NCBI RefSeq assembly: GCF_964204645.1
Contig: NC_134029.1
Span: forward strand, 10,752,850 to 10,816,849
Reading direction: 5' to 3'
Length of the DNA stretch: 64,000 nucleotides
Source of the DNA: Tubulanus polymorphus
Taxonomy: Eukaryota > Animalia > Nemertea
Shown: piece by piece, positions 46,824-60,999 of the stretch
Layout of the letters: each line of letters opens with the position of its first letter
How positions within the stretch are numbered: position 1 is the first letter of the stretch
Notes under the pieces: model-generated
Databases searched by the model: none
What the model was told of the DNA's origin: nothing
The model's input: only the letters and a program-made list of their open reading frames with translations
Made by a program: the position numbers and the translations under genes

Positions 46824-47185
46824 TTATTCGAAATCTATTTCATGGTGCCCTTTTTCATTCTTACCTTTGTATACGAAATAGAAATCACCAGAACATAATT
46901 CTTCTAGATCTTCACTTGATAATCTATGAAATCTATCCGGTAAATATGTTCTGAATTTATGTGTATTTCCTTTTAATCCTTCATATTCTAAGTGTATAAC
47001 TAATTTATCTCCATAGTTATTAGTAACTGTAACAATATCTGTAATTAGATATTTCTTATGGATTGTTAATTCTGTTAACTTTTTGAATTTATAATCTACA
47101 GACTTTACATTTGTTATATCTTTAATTCTATCTAGAAATAATTTGTTGTTCTCACTGTGTGTTTGTTTACTATACTATGTTCCAT
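46824..47185 (-). pseudogene. Polinton small conserved ORF (homolog of 32389-32746), 5' frameshift; absent from the ORF track
   Basis: Manual translation KSVDYKFKKLTELTIHKKYLITDIVTVTNNYGDKLVIHLEYEGLKGNTHKFRTYLPDRF...EIDFE*. Confidence 0.72.
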
Positions 47186-47214
47186 TTATAATACATATTT
47201 TTATTAAAATTTGA

Positions 47215-50200
47215 TTAACACGTTAGAATTCTTTTCATTATCTCGTTCTCTTTTGTGTCTTCTCTTTTAAATTTTAAGTATTCATCTAAATTACAACCAT
47301 AAGCAACTGTATGAATTCCATCATCTAAAATATATCTTTTATCATCAAATGGGTTTAGACTTATCTTTTCAATTTCTTCAATAAACATTTCATGATCTTC
47401 AGATCTTAAACATCTCATTTTATGTTTTCTAACTTCTTCATTGAATATACAATTGATGTAATCTTTGAAATGAATATTCTTTTCTACTACACTTTTGATT
47501 ATTCCTTTTAACTTTTTAGCTTCATGTTCTTTAGTTTTATATGAATACATTTTAGATCTAATACCTATGAACTCTATCATTTCTTCACCACCTAATTCAT
47601 CTTTGAATTTACCGGGAACTTTTTTATTATCATTGCTAAACAATTCATGATCTTTACGATAGTTACTGAAATCAAAATGATGTTTTAATGTTTTTAAATC
47701 ATCAGTTATGTAATCAGTTTTTATCTTTAATATGTAAGAATCGGTATCAAAATATAATATTTCTTTATGTTTTTCTCCAAAAAGTGGTTGTAATACATTA
47801 TAATAGAATTCATACATTAGTAATTTTGATAATTCTAAAACTGAAGCGCCAAAATAGATTGGTTTATTAAATTTCATTGATGTTCTTCTCATCTTAACTG
47901 CAGCTAAATTTTCATCAAATATTCTGTTACCAATGAACTTAGGATATGATTGTAAATGTCTAATTCTTTTACCGTTACTAACTAACTCAATATCATTTCT
48001 ATTTCTAATATCTTCAAGTCTTACCATAGAATGCATTATTCATTAACTTGAAGAAATCTTTTTCGAAATCAGTTTTAGCTCCAGTTCTCTGTTTGGTGTT
48101 AAAATCTATATATTTTTCTAACCACTTAGATTGACTAAATGAAATATATCTATGTACTTTTTTTAGAACCATTCCTTGATTCAAATAAAACTTTAACATT
48201 CTATAATGTACAACATAATTATATTTATCTTCTTGAGTTACCATTAACTTTTCTGTATGAATATGATTTTCGGGTTTAATTCTTTTTTGGTAATTTGATA
48301 ATTCTTCATGAGTTACAGTTTTATGTTCGGGACAGTATGCTAGATTTCTAGATTTAAATTTAATATGTTCAGGATATTCCAAATCTACAACAAAGAAGTA
48401 ACCAGTATTTGAAATATCTAGAATTCTTTTCTTCCAATCAAATTTATCATTATTTTCATGTTGTAAAACTTCAGTTATTTCAAATACTCCATAAGGTTGT
48501 GGTTCCATCATTGCCCAACCATACAAATTATTTGTATCTATATATAATAACTTATATCCAGGGTTATCATTTACATTGAAATATCTATCACCTAATACAC
48601 CTGAAACTCCTCCTCTTATAGATTTTTCAAATAATAATAATTGATCTATATTTGTTTACAAATCCATTTTTATATCTGTAAATTTTAATCCACAATCCCA
48701 TGTTAAACCTGGGCTAGAATAACAATGACAAGGATCAATATTAAAATACTTTAGGTTTACATCTCTAAACCTTTCAAAATATCGGTTAATAATAATACAT
48801 CTGATTTTAAATATAAATCTACTAATTGCCCATGATTTTCTATTTTGAAATGATTCCAAATATTCAATGTTCTACTATAGACTTCATCTTTAACATATTC
48901 ATCTTTTAATTCATCATAGAATTGTTCTTTCAATAATTCAGTTATATTGAAATCATTATGATTCTTATAAAATGAATATGGAATTGCTCCTTTATATCTC
49001 ATTAATTGGAAATCATCATTATTTGGGTAGTGTTGCTTTAATATTCTTAATTCATCATCAACTAATGATTTTGATAAGTTATCTAATGAACTGTTTAAAA
49101 ATCTATATGAATCTATAAATCTTAAACACCCAAATTGGAATGATATATAATTCTCAGATGTTTTAGCTAACATTCTAAATTTATAAGTTGGTATTTTATC
49201 TTTTGATCTATTTGAATTTAATCTTTCTATTTCATTATTAATTTCTTCTATTTTATGGCATAACTGTTTGATGAATAAATGTGCATCATATCCTGATAGA
49301 TTATGAAATATAACTGGTACAAAATTAATTTTCTTAGCTTGTAAGTTACAATTCTCATGTGCAGCGCCTCTAAACTTTCCATTCAAATGATCATGGTCTC
49401 TTACTTTTTTATCTTTATAATTAAATATCTTTTCACAATAATAACATTTATCTGCAAACGCACATTCTTCTTTATCTTCTTCTGTCATTATAATTTCTAT
49501 ATTTGTATTCAATAATTTACTAAATCTTATTTCATATTCAATTAATAAGTCACAAAAATGATTGATAACATTTTCATTTCTATAATGATAATAGTCACTT
49601 TCAATTAGTTCTGGATAATCAGATTTTATATATAACCCGAAAGCTGCAGCTGATTGATGAATCTTTTTAATAGTATTTGTTTTTGGTGGTTCATCTGAAA
49701 AATCATTTTCATTAGAATTTAATTTCTTTCTTTTATAATATATTTCTTTTCTATCTTGATCAGTTAATTCTTTATTTAATGATTCAAAATCTCCATATAT
49801 AACAAATGGTACTTTATTTTTGTAATCATATTTTTTGAATTCTAATATTTTATCCTTTTCATTTGGTAAAACTAATTTACAATAATCATGATTTTCACAT
49901 AATTGTTTATGATTTAATAATGTACTTTCATTACTGAATCTATGTAAACATTTTCTACAAAGATATATTTTATGGTGATCAATTTCTGATTTAAAAAAAA
50001 AATCTATTTGTTTAATCCACACATAATGATTCTCATAATATAGTATATCTATAACATCGTTTGAATCGTAATCTTTGATAGGTATAAAGGTTCTAATGTA
50101 TAATGTTTTATATTGTTACCTTTTGTATTTGGTAATTTGATTAAATCAAATACATTTATCTTTATATTATTATCTCTTTCTATTTTTGGCATGTTTTTAA

Positions 50201-51212
50201 TTCTAACAGGATCTATCTTATAATTATTTTCAAATGGTTTATAATGAGTTAATCTAAAACTATGTGTAATATCTTCTGTTGGGTGTAAACAACTTATTAT
50301 AGCCCATAGAAAACATTTATCATCTTCATTTTGTACATTTATTACAGCATTAGTTTTAAATGATGCTTCAATATCTGGTTCTTTATAATATGATACATTA
50401 TTTTCATCAATTGGTTTTGATTTAGTTAACTTATTATATTTTGTGTTATAAACATGTAAAGTCATAAATATCATTTCATCAAATATTAAACCAGATCCTT
50501 CAAAATATTTCTCTTCTATTTTAGTTTTTACTTCATTATAACATTTATCTAATTTATCATCTATATGTTGTTTAGATATAATATGTTGTGAATGAGAATT
50601 TATTATATATTGGTTTATCTTCAGATTTTAAAAACTTTACTTTAACTGATATACTTATTTTAGGATATTCAACATCAGTTATTATTTTTATTATTTCTTT
50701 CATATTTTCTAAATGTTTTTTATTTTCTTCTAATGTTTTTCCTTTATGAAATTTAAACTCGATAGCTGCTGGACCAATATCACTTTTAAATGCTTCGGTT
50801 ATCTCTATATCTTTTTTATTATTTAATGAATTAATATAATTTCTTACATCTTCCATGTATGGTCTTTTATTGTTTAATTTATTTTTTATGCTTTTAATTG
50901 TCTTCTGTTTCTTATCATTATCTTTATCAAAATAATCTTCACCTAAAATATCATTATTCATATTTCTAATATGACTTTTAGATTTTAAATGTTCTTTATA
51001 ATATCTTTATCACTGAATGATTGATTACATGTATCACATTTGTATGTTTCTTTTTCATTCTTTAATTCATCTAATTTAGTTTCTAATATATCATCTTCAT
51101 ATTCTAATTTCAATTTATTCTCTAAATGTGTTTTAGTTTTATTGTGTCTTGCTTTTTGGGATTTATCTATATTGATATTACATGTTGGACGGTAGTACTT
51201 ATTTGCTTCCAT
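47215..51212 (-). pseudogene. Protein-primed PolB, intein-free allele, several frameshifts
   Basis: ORFs 50985-51212, 50572-50961, 50049-50474, 48757-50022, 48014-48526 and 47215-48036. N-terminal zinc fingers, NVQNEDDKCFLWAI, YGDFES, DHDHLNGKFRGAAHENCNL, KLMNNAFYGKT, YFDTDS, KKLKGI, PFDDKRY. Confidence 0.95.
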
Positions 51213-51266
51213 TTTAATACTAAATTTTTTATTAAAATTGATTTTAGAAGTTCAATGATTTATATC

Positions 51267-51828
51267 ATGCATTATTTCAATCACACTTTACTAACACTTT
51301 TAATGTTTAAAATCTAACTCATACAAATATGAATATTGAAATAATGTTGTAAATATATACTTTTATATTGAATAATCTGTCAATTTAAATGTTATTCATT
51401 TACATGAATATTTTAAGAGTAATAGGGGTAATAGGCTTTCAGGTTAAAGGTTGAATGGTCGAGTTCATTAAAAAACAAAACATTAAAAGTAATTTAAAAC
51501 TATAATATATTTTCATAACCGTGTGTATTTCAGTTGAATAATAGAATAATAATTATTATTAAAATATATTTGATTATATGAATTTGTGTATTGTAAATAA
51601 ATCAATTGGTCGCGGAGCGGAGCGGTAGCGAAGTGGAGCGACCAATTGATTTAATACAATATGCTTTTAAAATTTAAATTATTAATATCTTAGAATAAAT
51701 ATTTAGTTATAATATAAAATACACACGGTTATGAAAATATATTATAGTTTTAAATTACTTTTAATGTTTTGTTTTTAATGAACTCGACCTTTCGACCTTT
51801 GGTATGAAAGCCCATTACCCCTATTACT
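51267..51828. repeat. Right TIR of Polinton 3; the outer 51418-51828 is a fold-back with an internal hairpin
   Basis: Reverse complement of 33493-34038; internal aaatcaattggtcgc...gcgaccaattgattt at ~51599-51652. Confidence 0.92.
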
Positions 51829-52370
51829 CCCCGTCCATACATATGTATTACAGACGGGTTTCGGTTGTGTTTCTATTTCGGCTATAGGATCTTTGAACTA
51901 TAGTCCGTCAATACTTATGTATTAGAGACGGATTGATTCGTATCGTTATGTATGGAGTCCTATGTTAATCTCTCCCCGTTCATACTTAAGTATTTAACGC
52001 GGGTCTAATAATCGTTTGCTCTTGATATCATTATAAGCTATTGTCGCCTTCGTTGTCGTTTTTATTATAGGCCTCTAAGGCCGGTTTCTATGTGTGCGTA
52101 CTTAAGTTTAGATGAAATTCATATAGGCAACCCTTAAGGTTATGTAATGTCCGCGGTCTATATGTGTTCGTTGTGTGAGGTTAAAGTTGAATAGCAAGTG
52201 TCAATCGCATAGTCTTTTCCCTTTTGTAAGTACGTAAGCATTTGCAGAGTTTGAACCTATCCTGTCTTTGAGCATGACGTATTTTGATTTCTTGTGGTTA
52301 AATAAAAGCTGCTTTCGCAGTACGTGAAATTATATTAACGGTTTCGTATGAGTATGTTGGGTAGAAAAAC

Positions 52371-54622
52371 CGGTTCCTGAACTTCGCTGAAAAAGCTGAA
52401 ACACTGAAACGCTGAAAATAAAACGCTGAAATTTCGAGAATTCCAGAAAAACGCTGAAATTACAGGGAATTCCCGAAAAACGCTGAAATCGTGCTAGGAA
52501 CCGACGATACACGTTTTGAAAATTTTTCCTGGCCCGGTGTCTGCTGCCGGGTCCTAAACCGTGCTTTAGTCTTTACCGAATTTTATTTGGGTTATAGAGA
52601 TACGCCTACAAGGTCGTTTTCTTCGGCTCCCTTTAATATTTTGAAATGGCATCAGACCACAATTAATAGGTTAGTAGCTTGAAGATGCGTATGGCCGGAC
52701 CATGGTAGCTAGAGCGAAGAAGAGGTCCCCCATAAATGTTGCTATAATTTCGGCAAATGAGAAAGAGATCTGAGCTCAACCTTTGATCGATTGATGGAGG
52801 ACCTCATTTCCTTGACATGAGCTGGAATCTTCAGTTGGCTCAGGACGAACGATAATTGTTCAGGACACACTGTATTACATGATACTTACTAGCCAAAAAT
52901 TAGTTCATCAAAACTGCATCAGTTCCAAAAACTACCATCATGCTTCCCCAAAATGGAAAATAAATAAATAATATTTTACTTTCATTTGTCTGTGCATCAT
53001 GATATAAATTGTTGTTATTGTTTTATGTGCATGTATGTTCCCGTATGAGCTAACAATGAAGTTTTCACTTCATTTGAATAAATTCTTAACTACAGTAATT
53101 CAAATTCTCAATTGTTTTTATTATTGTTTGGTAATTCCTTGCAACTTCTCATTTCAACGTTTCATACAAGAAGTAGTTGAATGAAAGTACAGTTAGGCTG
53201 AACCTGACAACCCATATTAAGTGCTAGCATCGAGATTTGATTATTTCGATTTTATTTTCGGTGACATTGAAATTCGTAAATAAAGGGTTCAACTGTCATT
53301 GTACTTAGCATAGCTTAGATTGGGTTTCATATTTCTACATTTTCTACAAGGAGGTCTTAAAGGGTCGTCCCCGGGTTAGAGGTCAGAACTTGGTTTACAT
53401 TCTCAAGTTGCTGGAGACTACCATCTGCATTCATACCTCGATTTGTCTGGCCTATGAGAGTCGAACAACATTTTCCCATACACAGGCTTGGCTTTAATGT
53501 AGATGAAGGCTAGGCACTGCACATTGTGGATTAACTGGAACTCTAAACTCTCAAAATAAAACGAGTCAACAAGAAAGATCCAATAATTGAACGTTTATCT
53601 AACTATATTAATTAACAGCTTAAGAGATATACATTATACACAAAAGAAATCAGTTCTACATTTTATCCGAATCAAGCGCTAGAGCTACAGATTCGCTTAG
53701 CTTGGGCTTGAATTCTGGTTCCATTGCTTCGTATTCTATTGAAATCCCCTTTGTTACCTCGGAATAACGCTAAGCTTTTAAAGACTACAAATTTGGTCCC
53801 AGGAAAACCAAGTAAAGCGGAGTACTACTGTAAATCAGCTGTTGACTTATTTTTCTCTGGTTGAATCAAGTTATTACTGAATGAAATATAATCACTGCTG
53901 CTACAAGAAGTCTTTTCTCGGTATCTATATGTCCATCTTAGCAAATCAACTTGGTCCATGATTCCTCCTTTTAAGATAGTCTAAAAATAAGAATTGTTAC
54001 AATTTCTAACAGATGCTATGTCATTTCTTTAAAAAACCTGATGATTTTCTCACCACAGCAAATGAATTATTCGCAATTGTTGAATCCATTCCATGGGCAC
54101 AATGAATTAAAAAGAAATTAAGTAAGATCCCTTTTGTCTAAAAGTCGCATCATCATTATAACTAGCTATCAAATTTAACTTACCTCAAGTCTCCAACAGA
54201 GAATACCACAGTCGCCCATAGTCATGCGTGACGTGTTGACAAAAGAACAGTGGTTCTCATAATCATATTTTATATACATTGAAATGTTCAAATAAGATTT
54301 TTTTCGTCTTGTAGAAGTAAACCACATTCTTGGAATATTCAGCATAGTGTTTAAAGTTGGCTTGTGCGGTTGTGATAGGGTTTTGATACTCCATACATAC
54401 GGTTTATGCATGTCTCTATAACCAAAAATCAAATCAAAGGTAGAGACTAAAGCAAAGGTTCAGGACTCGGCAGCGGTCCCGGCCCGGAAATGATTCAAAT
54501 TGTGTATTGTCGGTTCGTAGCACGATTCAGCGTTTTTCGGAAATTCCCTGAAATTTCAGCTTTTTCTTTTCGGCATTTCAGCGTTTCAGTGTTTCAGCTT
54601 TTTCAGCGAAGTTCAGGAACCG
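52371..54622. mobile_element. Non-autonomous MULE/MuDR-like DNA transposon, copy 2
   Basis: Same TIRs and largely the same interior as 14237-16612; 10-bp TSD GTAGAAAAAC / GTAGTAAAAC (one mismatch). Confidence 0.85.
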
Positions 54623-55181
54623 GTAGTAAAACAGTGGATTTGGTCCAAGTGTCCATGGTCTGCGTAGAGGCTCGCTCTCGGAACGGATAGAGTCCAGCGG
54701 AACGTAGTGCAATCCTGTTCGGGTGACGAGCGGTGTCCGTTTATTCCGCTATCCAATTTTGGCTCAAGCGATGAAATTCCACGTCGGGGGGTGGGTGACG
54801 TGGTGTGTTTTACGGTCGACTCGGGTCCATGTATAACCACGAGATCGTGAGTTATTGGGTGGACAGAAGGGTGCGCATCGCTATCTGTAGGTTCTAATAT
54901 ATGGTTGTTGGGCCCGATCCTTAGTTCTCGGAGGGTAGTTTTCGAGTCGGCCCAGTCGTTACGTTCCTGAATATATCAGCAATCTACACCCGGGATTGCG
55001 GGAAATGCTTACTCGTGTGTTAGGTCGAGTTAAGCCTGAGAGCCATTTGTTATTCTACACATAAACATATCTTCCTGTGGTGGTCGTATACCCCTTCATA
55101 AACATCTTTCCCGTTGTTAAAGCGACGCAGGCGAACCCTTAGTAGCGACGCCATTTTACATACATTATTACATACTTACAC

Positions 55182-55311
<130 letters not shown>

Positions 55312-57759
55312 ACATTACCCGAGATACGCGCCTGCATCTTAAAACCGACATAGGGGGTTTTGATTTGAGGCCCAGTTATGCGTCGTATACATATATATAC
55401 ATATATGACGCATTCTCGAATATGACCCATTTCAAAATGGCGCAAGGATATCACTATCACTGACGCGGAGGGCTATACTTGAAGATCGCATCAGTATTCA
55501 TTTCCGACAAGATTTAACAGAAATTAGCCAAAATTCAGTACAATGATAATAATAAATTATTTTTTCATTTTACTACATTACAAAATTATTTTCACAATCA
55601 AAATATGTTTTATTTATCGGTTTTTATGTGTTTTTAAAGAAGACTTCGAGATTTTCGTGGTGGTTTAAATTGAGGGCCCGACTGTCTCTGTGATCAGTGA
55701 AGCAAGGGCTTTATGCTTGACATTCACGGTCTTGTTAGTTAACCGAAGTAATAGTAGACATTTCCGATTGAATCACACGTAGACGTAGCGCATTCGTCTA
55801 GATAATATTGGCTTGTGCGATAAGTGATGTTGTAACATATTCAACGAAAACATTCTACATGATCTACTCAAAAGAAGACTTCAATCCATTCGGAATACGC
55901 AGATGTACCAGCATACACGTGAAAACGAATACGAAAGAAAGTATGATAATTATTTCTGCACTTCGATTTCATAGACATGGACATCTTTTATGTACTTGCA
56001 TTTCCGATTTCAAAATTCAAATCCCTTGTTTATCTTCTGGCGTGTAGTGGATATCAAAAGGGATGCAGCCAATACATGAACCACCTGTTCTATTTCATAT
56101 TTTCAGCTTCATGATATTTTGATCTTAAAATGGGGATTCATCCTGTTATTCATTTGATTGGTAGATATCATTTGATTTGTTGGATTTGGTGTCCCTTACA
56201 AACCTACCAAGGTTTGATTTTGATATCGGTTGTTGTGTGATTGTGTCGGGCAATTTTGAGATTGAAAGTTGATTAACTATATATTTATCTCACGCCTATA
56301 CGGCCTACCAAGGTTGAACTCAAGCGTTAGTCGAAAACTCACGCCCCCATGTACTTTACGGTAAATGATCGCAAAAAAGTTCCGTCATGTTTGGAAACAG
56401 GTATCATTTCTAGCCTAAAATAAGACATGAATCATAAAATGTGGCCAACATGTGGTGTACTGCAGAATAGCATGATTATTGCTTCTTTTGCTCTACATAT
56501 TCCTTATAACAAATGTTCTTCTAGTAAAACAATACAACTAAAACAGGTATGCAGATCTTCCTGCTCAATTATGATTGTTCACAGACCTAAGTTTGTCCAT
56601 TTGAAAAAAAATAGAATATTTATGCTTAAATTGAATATCTTCAAAAGCGAAAATCCATTGATGATTATAGGACTCCTGAACTGACCCACAGTCAAGTATG
56701 TATGTATATATATATTTAAATATATATATGAGCTCGAATAATATACAGAAATCATGTCAGTTCACTCAAGGTGAATACCGGTATACACAATGATTCCTAG
56801 AACATAATTATCCATTTGAGTGCAACACTTTTTCACAAGAATTTCTCCAAAAATTAAAGAAAATCCATTTGGGTAAAAAAACCAATGGCTCCTAGTATAT
56901 AATGACGCACGGAAACATATCTGTTCATGCTCAAAAATGTATAAATAGGTAGATCTATCCTCAGAACCGGAATCTCTCGTCGAAGTTAACTGAAAAACAA
57001 GTTTGAGACCTAACTGTTCGCCAATATACAACTTCTAATTATAATAATTAATGGGTCCTTAGGTAGAGTAAGTATAACTCGATCAGCGATAGATTCATAA
57101 AGGAATTTCTTTACGGTAGGAAATGAAAATGTTTTATGAGAGCCAGCGTCGTTTATCTATCACGTGATCTAACACGTGTCTTATCACTTGTTGAACTCCG
57201 CCCACTGAGTAACCTCGTGGCGATTAAGTCCGTCTGAGTTTCCTAGACGCATACGTTTTATTTCAATCGTGGCAGTTAGAATTGTGGTCCTCGATCATTC
57301 GTTTATACACAGGCTAATAGTACTAATCCTTTCCTAATTAAGGATTCGAATCCAATCGCGTTGACATACAGTTCTTGGTTTTCGTGGCGCAACTATTTTG
57401 CCCGGTCGATCATCCATTCAAGAGATGTCTGCCATCTGACATCGATTATGATGTGGCTTTTATTCATATTGGCTGTAACGGCAAACCTAGTTCGGTGTTT
57501 TATTCTCACGGAGCAAGGGGTATCATAAATGTATGTTTGTTTTAAGTTTGTGAAAGGCCGATTTACATATAAATTTCATTCTAATAAAAGTACAATTGGA
57601 TAATAATAATCGGCCATAATCCATCACAATAACGACGGATCGTTCTGAGCAGGTATATTAGGTATTTGATCAACCTGAACTAAAGTCTGATTTCCCGCAG
57701 ATGCAATTTACCGACAAAATCGGCAATCCCCAAGGATGGTGTTAAATCGATGTATGACT

Positions 57760-59450
57760 GTATGTTAATTTGATATGAGTATATAATAAATGACTCTCAC
57801 AATCAAATGACTCGTTGTATAACTAATATGTATATACATACATTTTTACCCCAACGTCAGCCAATTTTGAAATGAGTATCTTATTATTCAAAGCCTATTC
57901 AAGATGAGTATATCAAATAACTGATCACATAGGATGACTCGTGATCTAGTATGAGTACACTAAATAAGTACACTAAACTCGTACTACACTGACTCCTAAC
58001 ATTGAATGACTCGTTGTATATGTAACAGGCCTACTTATACATATTTTCCCCAAAAACCAACATAAACCTAATTGGATTGAGTATATAACGTATAAAACGA
58101 CTCAGGATCACTCGTCGTATATCTACTACATATATTTCTCCCATATTCATCATTGGCAAACTTGACCCACGTTCATCCATGGATGTATAAACTAGCGGGG
58201 TCGACCTTTACGCTCAGCAAACGGAAAAACAAGGTATCACCTTTTTAGCCCAAGGTGAGCCAATTGATGAGTAGATTTAATTAATCTTCGCACAGGGTGA
58301 CTGGTATACCTACTATATATAAATCTCCCCGAGCCCGCGTCAGTCTATTTGAAATGTATCTATATCAATTTGAAGTGTCTATATCTAAACTATAAGAGAA
58401 AAACAGCGAAACATTGTCACGGGTTGACGTCGTCTGTGCGCTTTGGTTGGTGAAGGACCGGTGTTAAAATATCCATGAAATACCCGACAATGTGTTATCC
58501 AGTTTCTCCCGTGCAGTACAGGGGTTCACAAAATATCTTAGGAAAATGGACTCAAATGTTTTTCCAATAAATTACTTCGATTTAAAAGAAACATAAAAAG
58601 TAAATTCATCCAAATCAAGTGAAATCTTCAAATAAAATAAATGGGACCATATTTTATAGCAAAATAATCAACTTAACTCAATCATGATATAACACAGGAC
58701 GGGTACATAGCTTGGCCGCGTGTATGTCTAGGGTAGCATTTTGCCGATACGATAATAGATATATTTATTGACCGTATAAAATGACTGCGTTTTGTCACTA
58801 CGCGCAAGCTGATTAAAAAACATTTACAGAAAGATTTGGTGAGCGTCGGCTGTTGCTTGGTTACAGTATAGTGTGCTTGACCAGACACAGGGTGGTGACC
58901 CAAAGTCACCTCGTGCCAGTCACACAGACCAGGACTGAAATTGGTAAATCTCCGACCGCTTGGTTTAAACAGTGATTTTATTATCTACACATTACTATAT
59001 ATAATATAATAGATAAAATGATAAAGTATGGTGTTTGGCGGGCAACGAAAGACCAATGAGATGACTAGAATGAAATGTACATACTCATATGTAGTATGAG
59101 TATGACTCTTTGCAATATGTCTGGCCGGCACAAGCTCGCAATATCAGAAAAATATGGTATATCACGAGAGTATGCGCGACACTGACTAAGAATATAATGG
59201 GGATTACTGTATCTATCTTCGCACTGTTGAAATGAGTATTAAATGACTCCTAGCATAGATATACTCCTTGTATTATACTTAAAATTGTGGCTAACACGTA
59301 TCGTCAGCCAATTTAAGGCATATTAAATGGCTTATAGTTTAGAATGACTCTACCCCAGCGTATTTGGTATGAGTACCGGTATTTAAGATGGGTAGGATAG
59401 GACGACCCACATAGTTCATACATATTTTCTCCAACCAACGTCAGCCTGAT
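57760..59450. repeat. Highly degenerate patches of the ~75-80-bp satellite-like unit, in opposite orientation to 61000-64000
   Basis: Recurrent atgagtat...aaatgactc, the reverse complement of gagtcattt...atactcat. Confidence 0.55.
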
Positions 59451-60082
59451 GGAATCTTCTCAAACATATATTGGTAGTTTCGCTTATGTCACCTGCATCA
59501 TTCGCTTGAAATCTTTGTCGGATACTGGAGATTGAGGGTCTCGGATAAGCTCCTTAATAACACATGGTAGTGGGGCCTTAAGTACGGTAACGTCCATAGT
59601 ATGTTGCCAGAAGTCAGTCAATCCTTGCTATACATGCTCATGCTTTACGCTGCTATCAAGTTGAGTATTGGTAGGGAGTGGAAACTTTGGGATAGATCTG
59701 CACACATCCTTTAGGAAATCCTTCTACACTGCCTGATGCTTCATTTTAAAATTATTGATCGATAAAACTATTAGATTTATATCACGAGTTATGGTGGAAA
59801 CAGCATGTTTATTTTTATTTATATATAATTAAGTGTACATGTCTTCAAGTACAATTAGAAAAAATATTTTCAATTACAAACATAATATGTGATCGTGTGA
59901 CTGGTGCAACTTGGTGATGGTGCTTTGTTCGATACTCATTGAAAATTCCAACCTATGACCTCATATTTCGCGAGCATATGAGATCCTTCGATTACCATTT
60001 GTCTTAAAATCTTACCGTTCAGAGTATGCATACAGAAGCTAGTTATATCTATTTAACTTTGCCAAACACATAAGTCAGAGTG

Positions 60083-60209
60083 GAGTCAGTAACTCAAATG
60101 TTCGATAAAGATAAATGGCAGACAGATACCGTAGTAACAATGAACTTTCAATTGTTACCGTGTCAACTATCTACTGGTTTGCCCTAACCAACTTTTGATT
60201 AACTGACCC
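60083..60209. mobile_element. Harbinger-like MITE, decayed copy
   Basis: tagtaacaatgaa.tttcaattgt.acc.t.tcaactatc.actggtt...taaccaacttttga matches 16667-16793. Confidence 0.75.
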
Positions 60210-60999
60210 CAGATTACAAAGTACATTAATTCTGATTATATATTTTAAACACATTACACAGGTGGTCCAACTTAACCCTTGTGATAATCTATAAAATATT
60301 ATTAACCATTATCTCTTAACTTCTTCAGAATTACAGAGCAAATAGCAGAATAAACTACTTAAAATTACAGTCATAATTTCCGCAATAATAAATGGGTTCA
60401 AGTCTTTGTGTAAGTGTATTTATTCATCCAAAAGAGATACATTCATGAAAGGTATATAGTATGAAAAACAAGGGGTCCAGACACTGCCCAATCAAGAAGA
60501 TTCCAATTGCAATCTGACAATTTTATATGCAACACCCCAGATGAACATACACTGAACTAATCTTTTGCCACTGTAAACCACCAAACATTTAACACAATAT
60601 GGTAAAATTGTTTAACCGCAAAACAACTAAACATTAAAGGAATTATGAATGAACAATCTTAAAGTGAGTAAATTAGCTATATGACATAATTACAACATGA
60701 TCAACAGTCCGAGTGTATCAAAACAAATGACATTCTGCATGATAATGGACAACATTCTAAAGGTTGTGTAAACAGAATAGAAGTTGGACAAAGTAGCCTC
60801 TGCTCGATATAATTTCAAAAAGGTCCATAAAACGCGTTTCTTCGGTTTTGCTCCATCACTTCTTCCCTAGAAAAAAATATGATAATTTCAAATATGAGTA
60901 TGACAAAATAAAGCCCATTCAATTTTAATACGCATTGTACTTTTCCAAAGAAAAACAATTTTCTGATGTAGCAGCACACATCTGGGAGTCGTATTCAAA

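Larger units (their letters stand above)
33493..51828. mobile_element. Full-length Polinton/Maverick element 3 (18,336 bp)
   Basis: Termini AGTAATAGGGG...CCCCTATTACT; 6-bp TSD CCCCGT at 33487-33492 and 51829-51834; integrase, ATPase, MCP, mCP and pPolB genes. Confidence 0.96.
33150..55160 (+). mobile_element. Probable solo-LTR-like host element (~1.4 kb: 33150-33492, 51835-52370, 54633-55160) split by Polinton 3 and MULE copy 2
   Basis: Both inserts have TSDs, so their flanks were contiguous. TATA-like gaatataaga at ~33231, AATAAA at ~52301, 3' end ...gccattttACA; 5' TG end not found. Confidence 0.4.

Noticed and set aside
51234-51241. AAAATTGA (Mimivirus early-promoter motif) near the pPolB start, also at ~32768
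   Set aside because: It lies antisense to the downstream gene and is expected by chance in very AT-rich DNA; kept only as part of a conserved upstream motif
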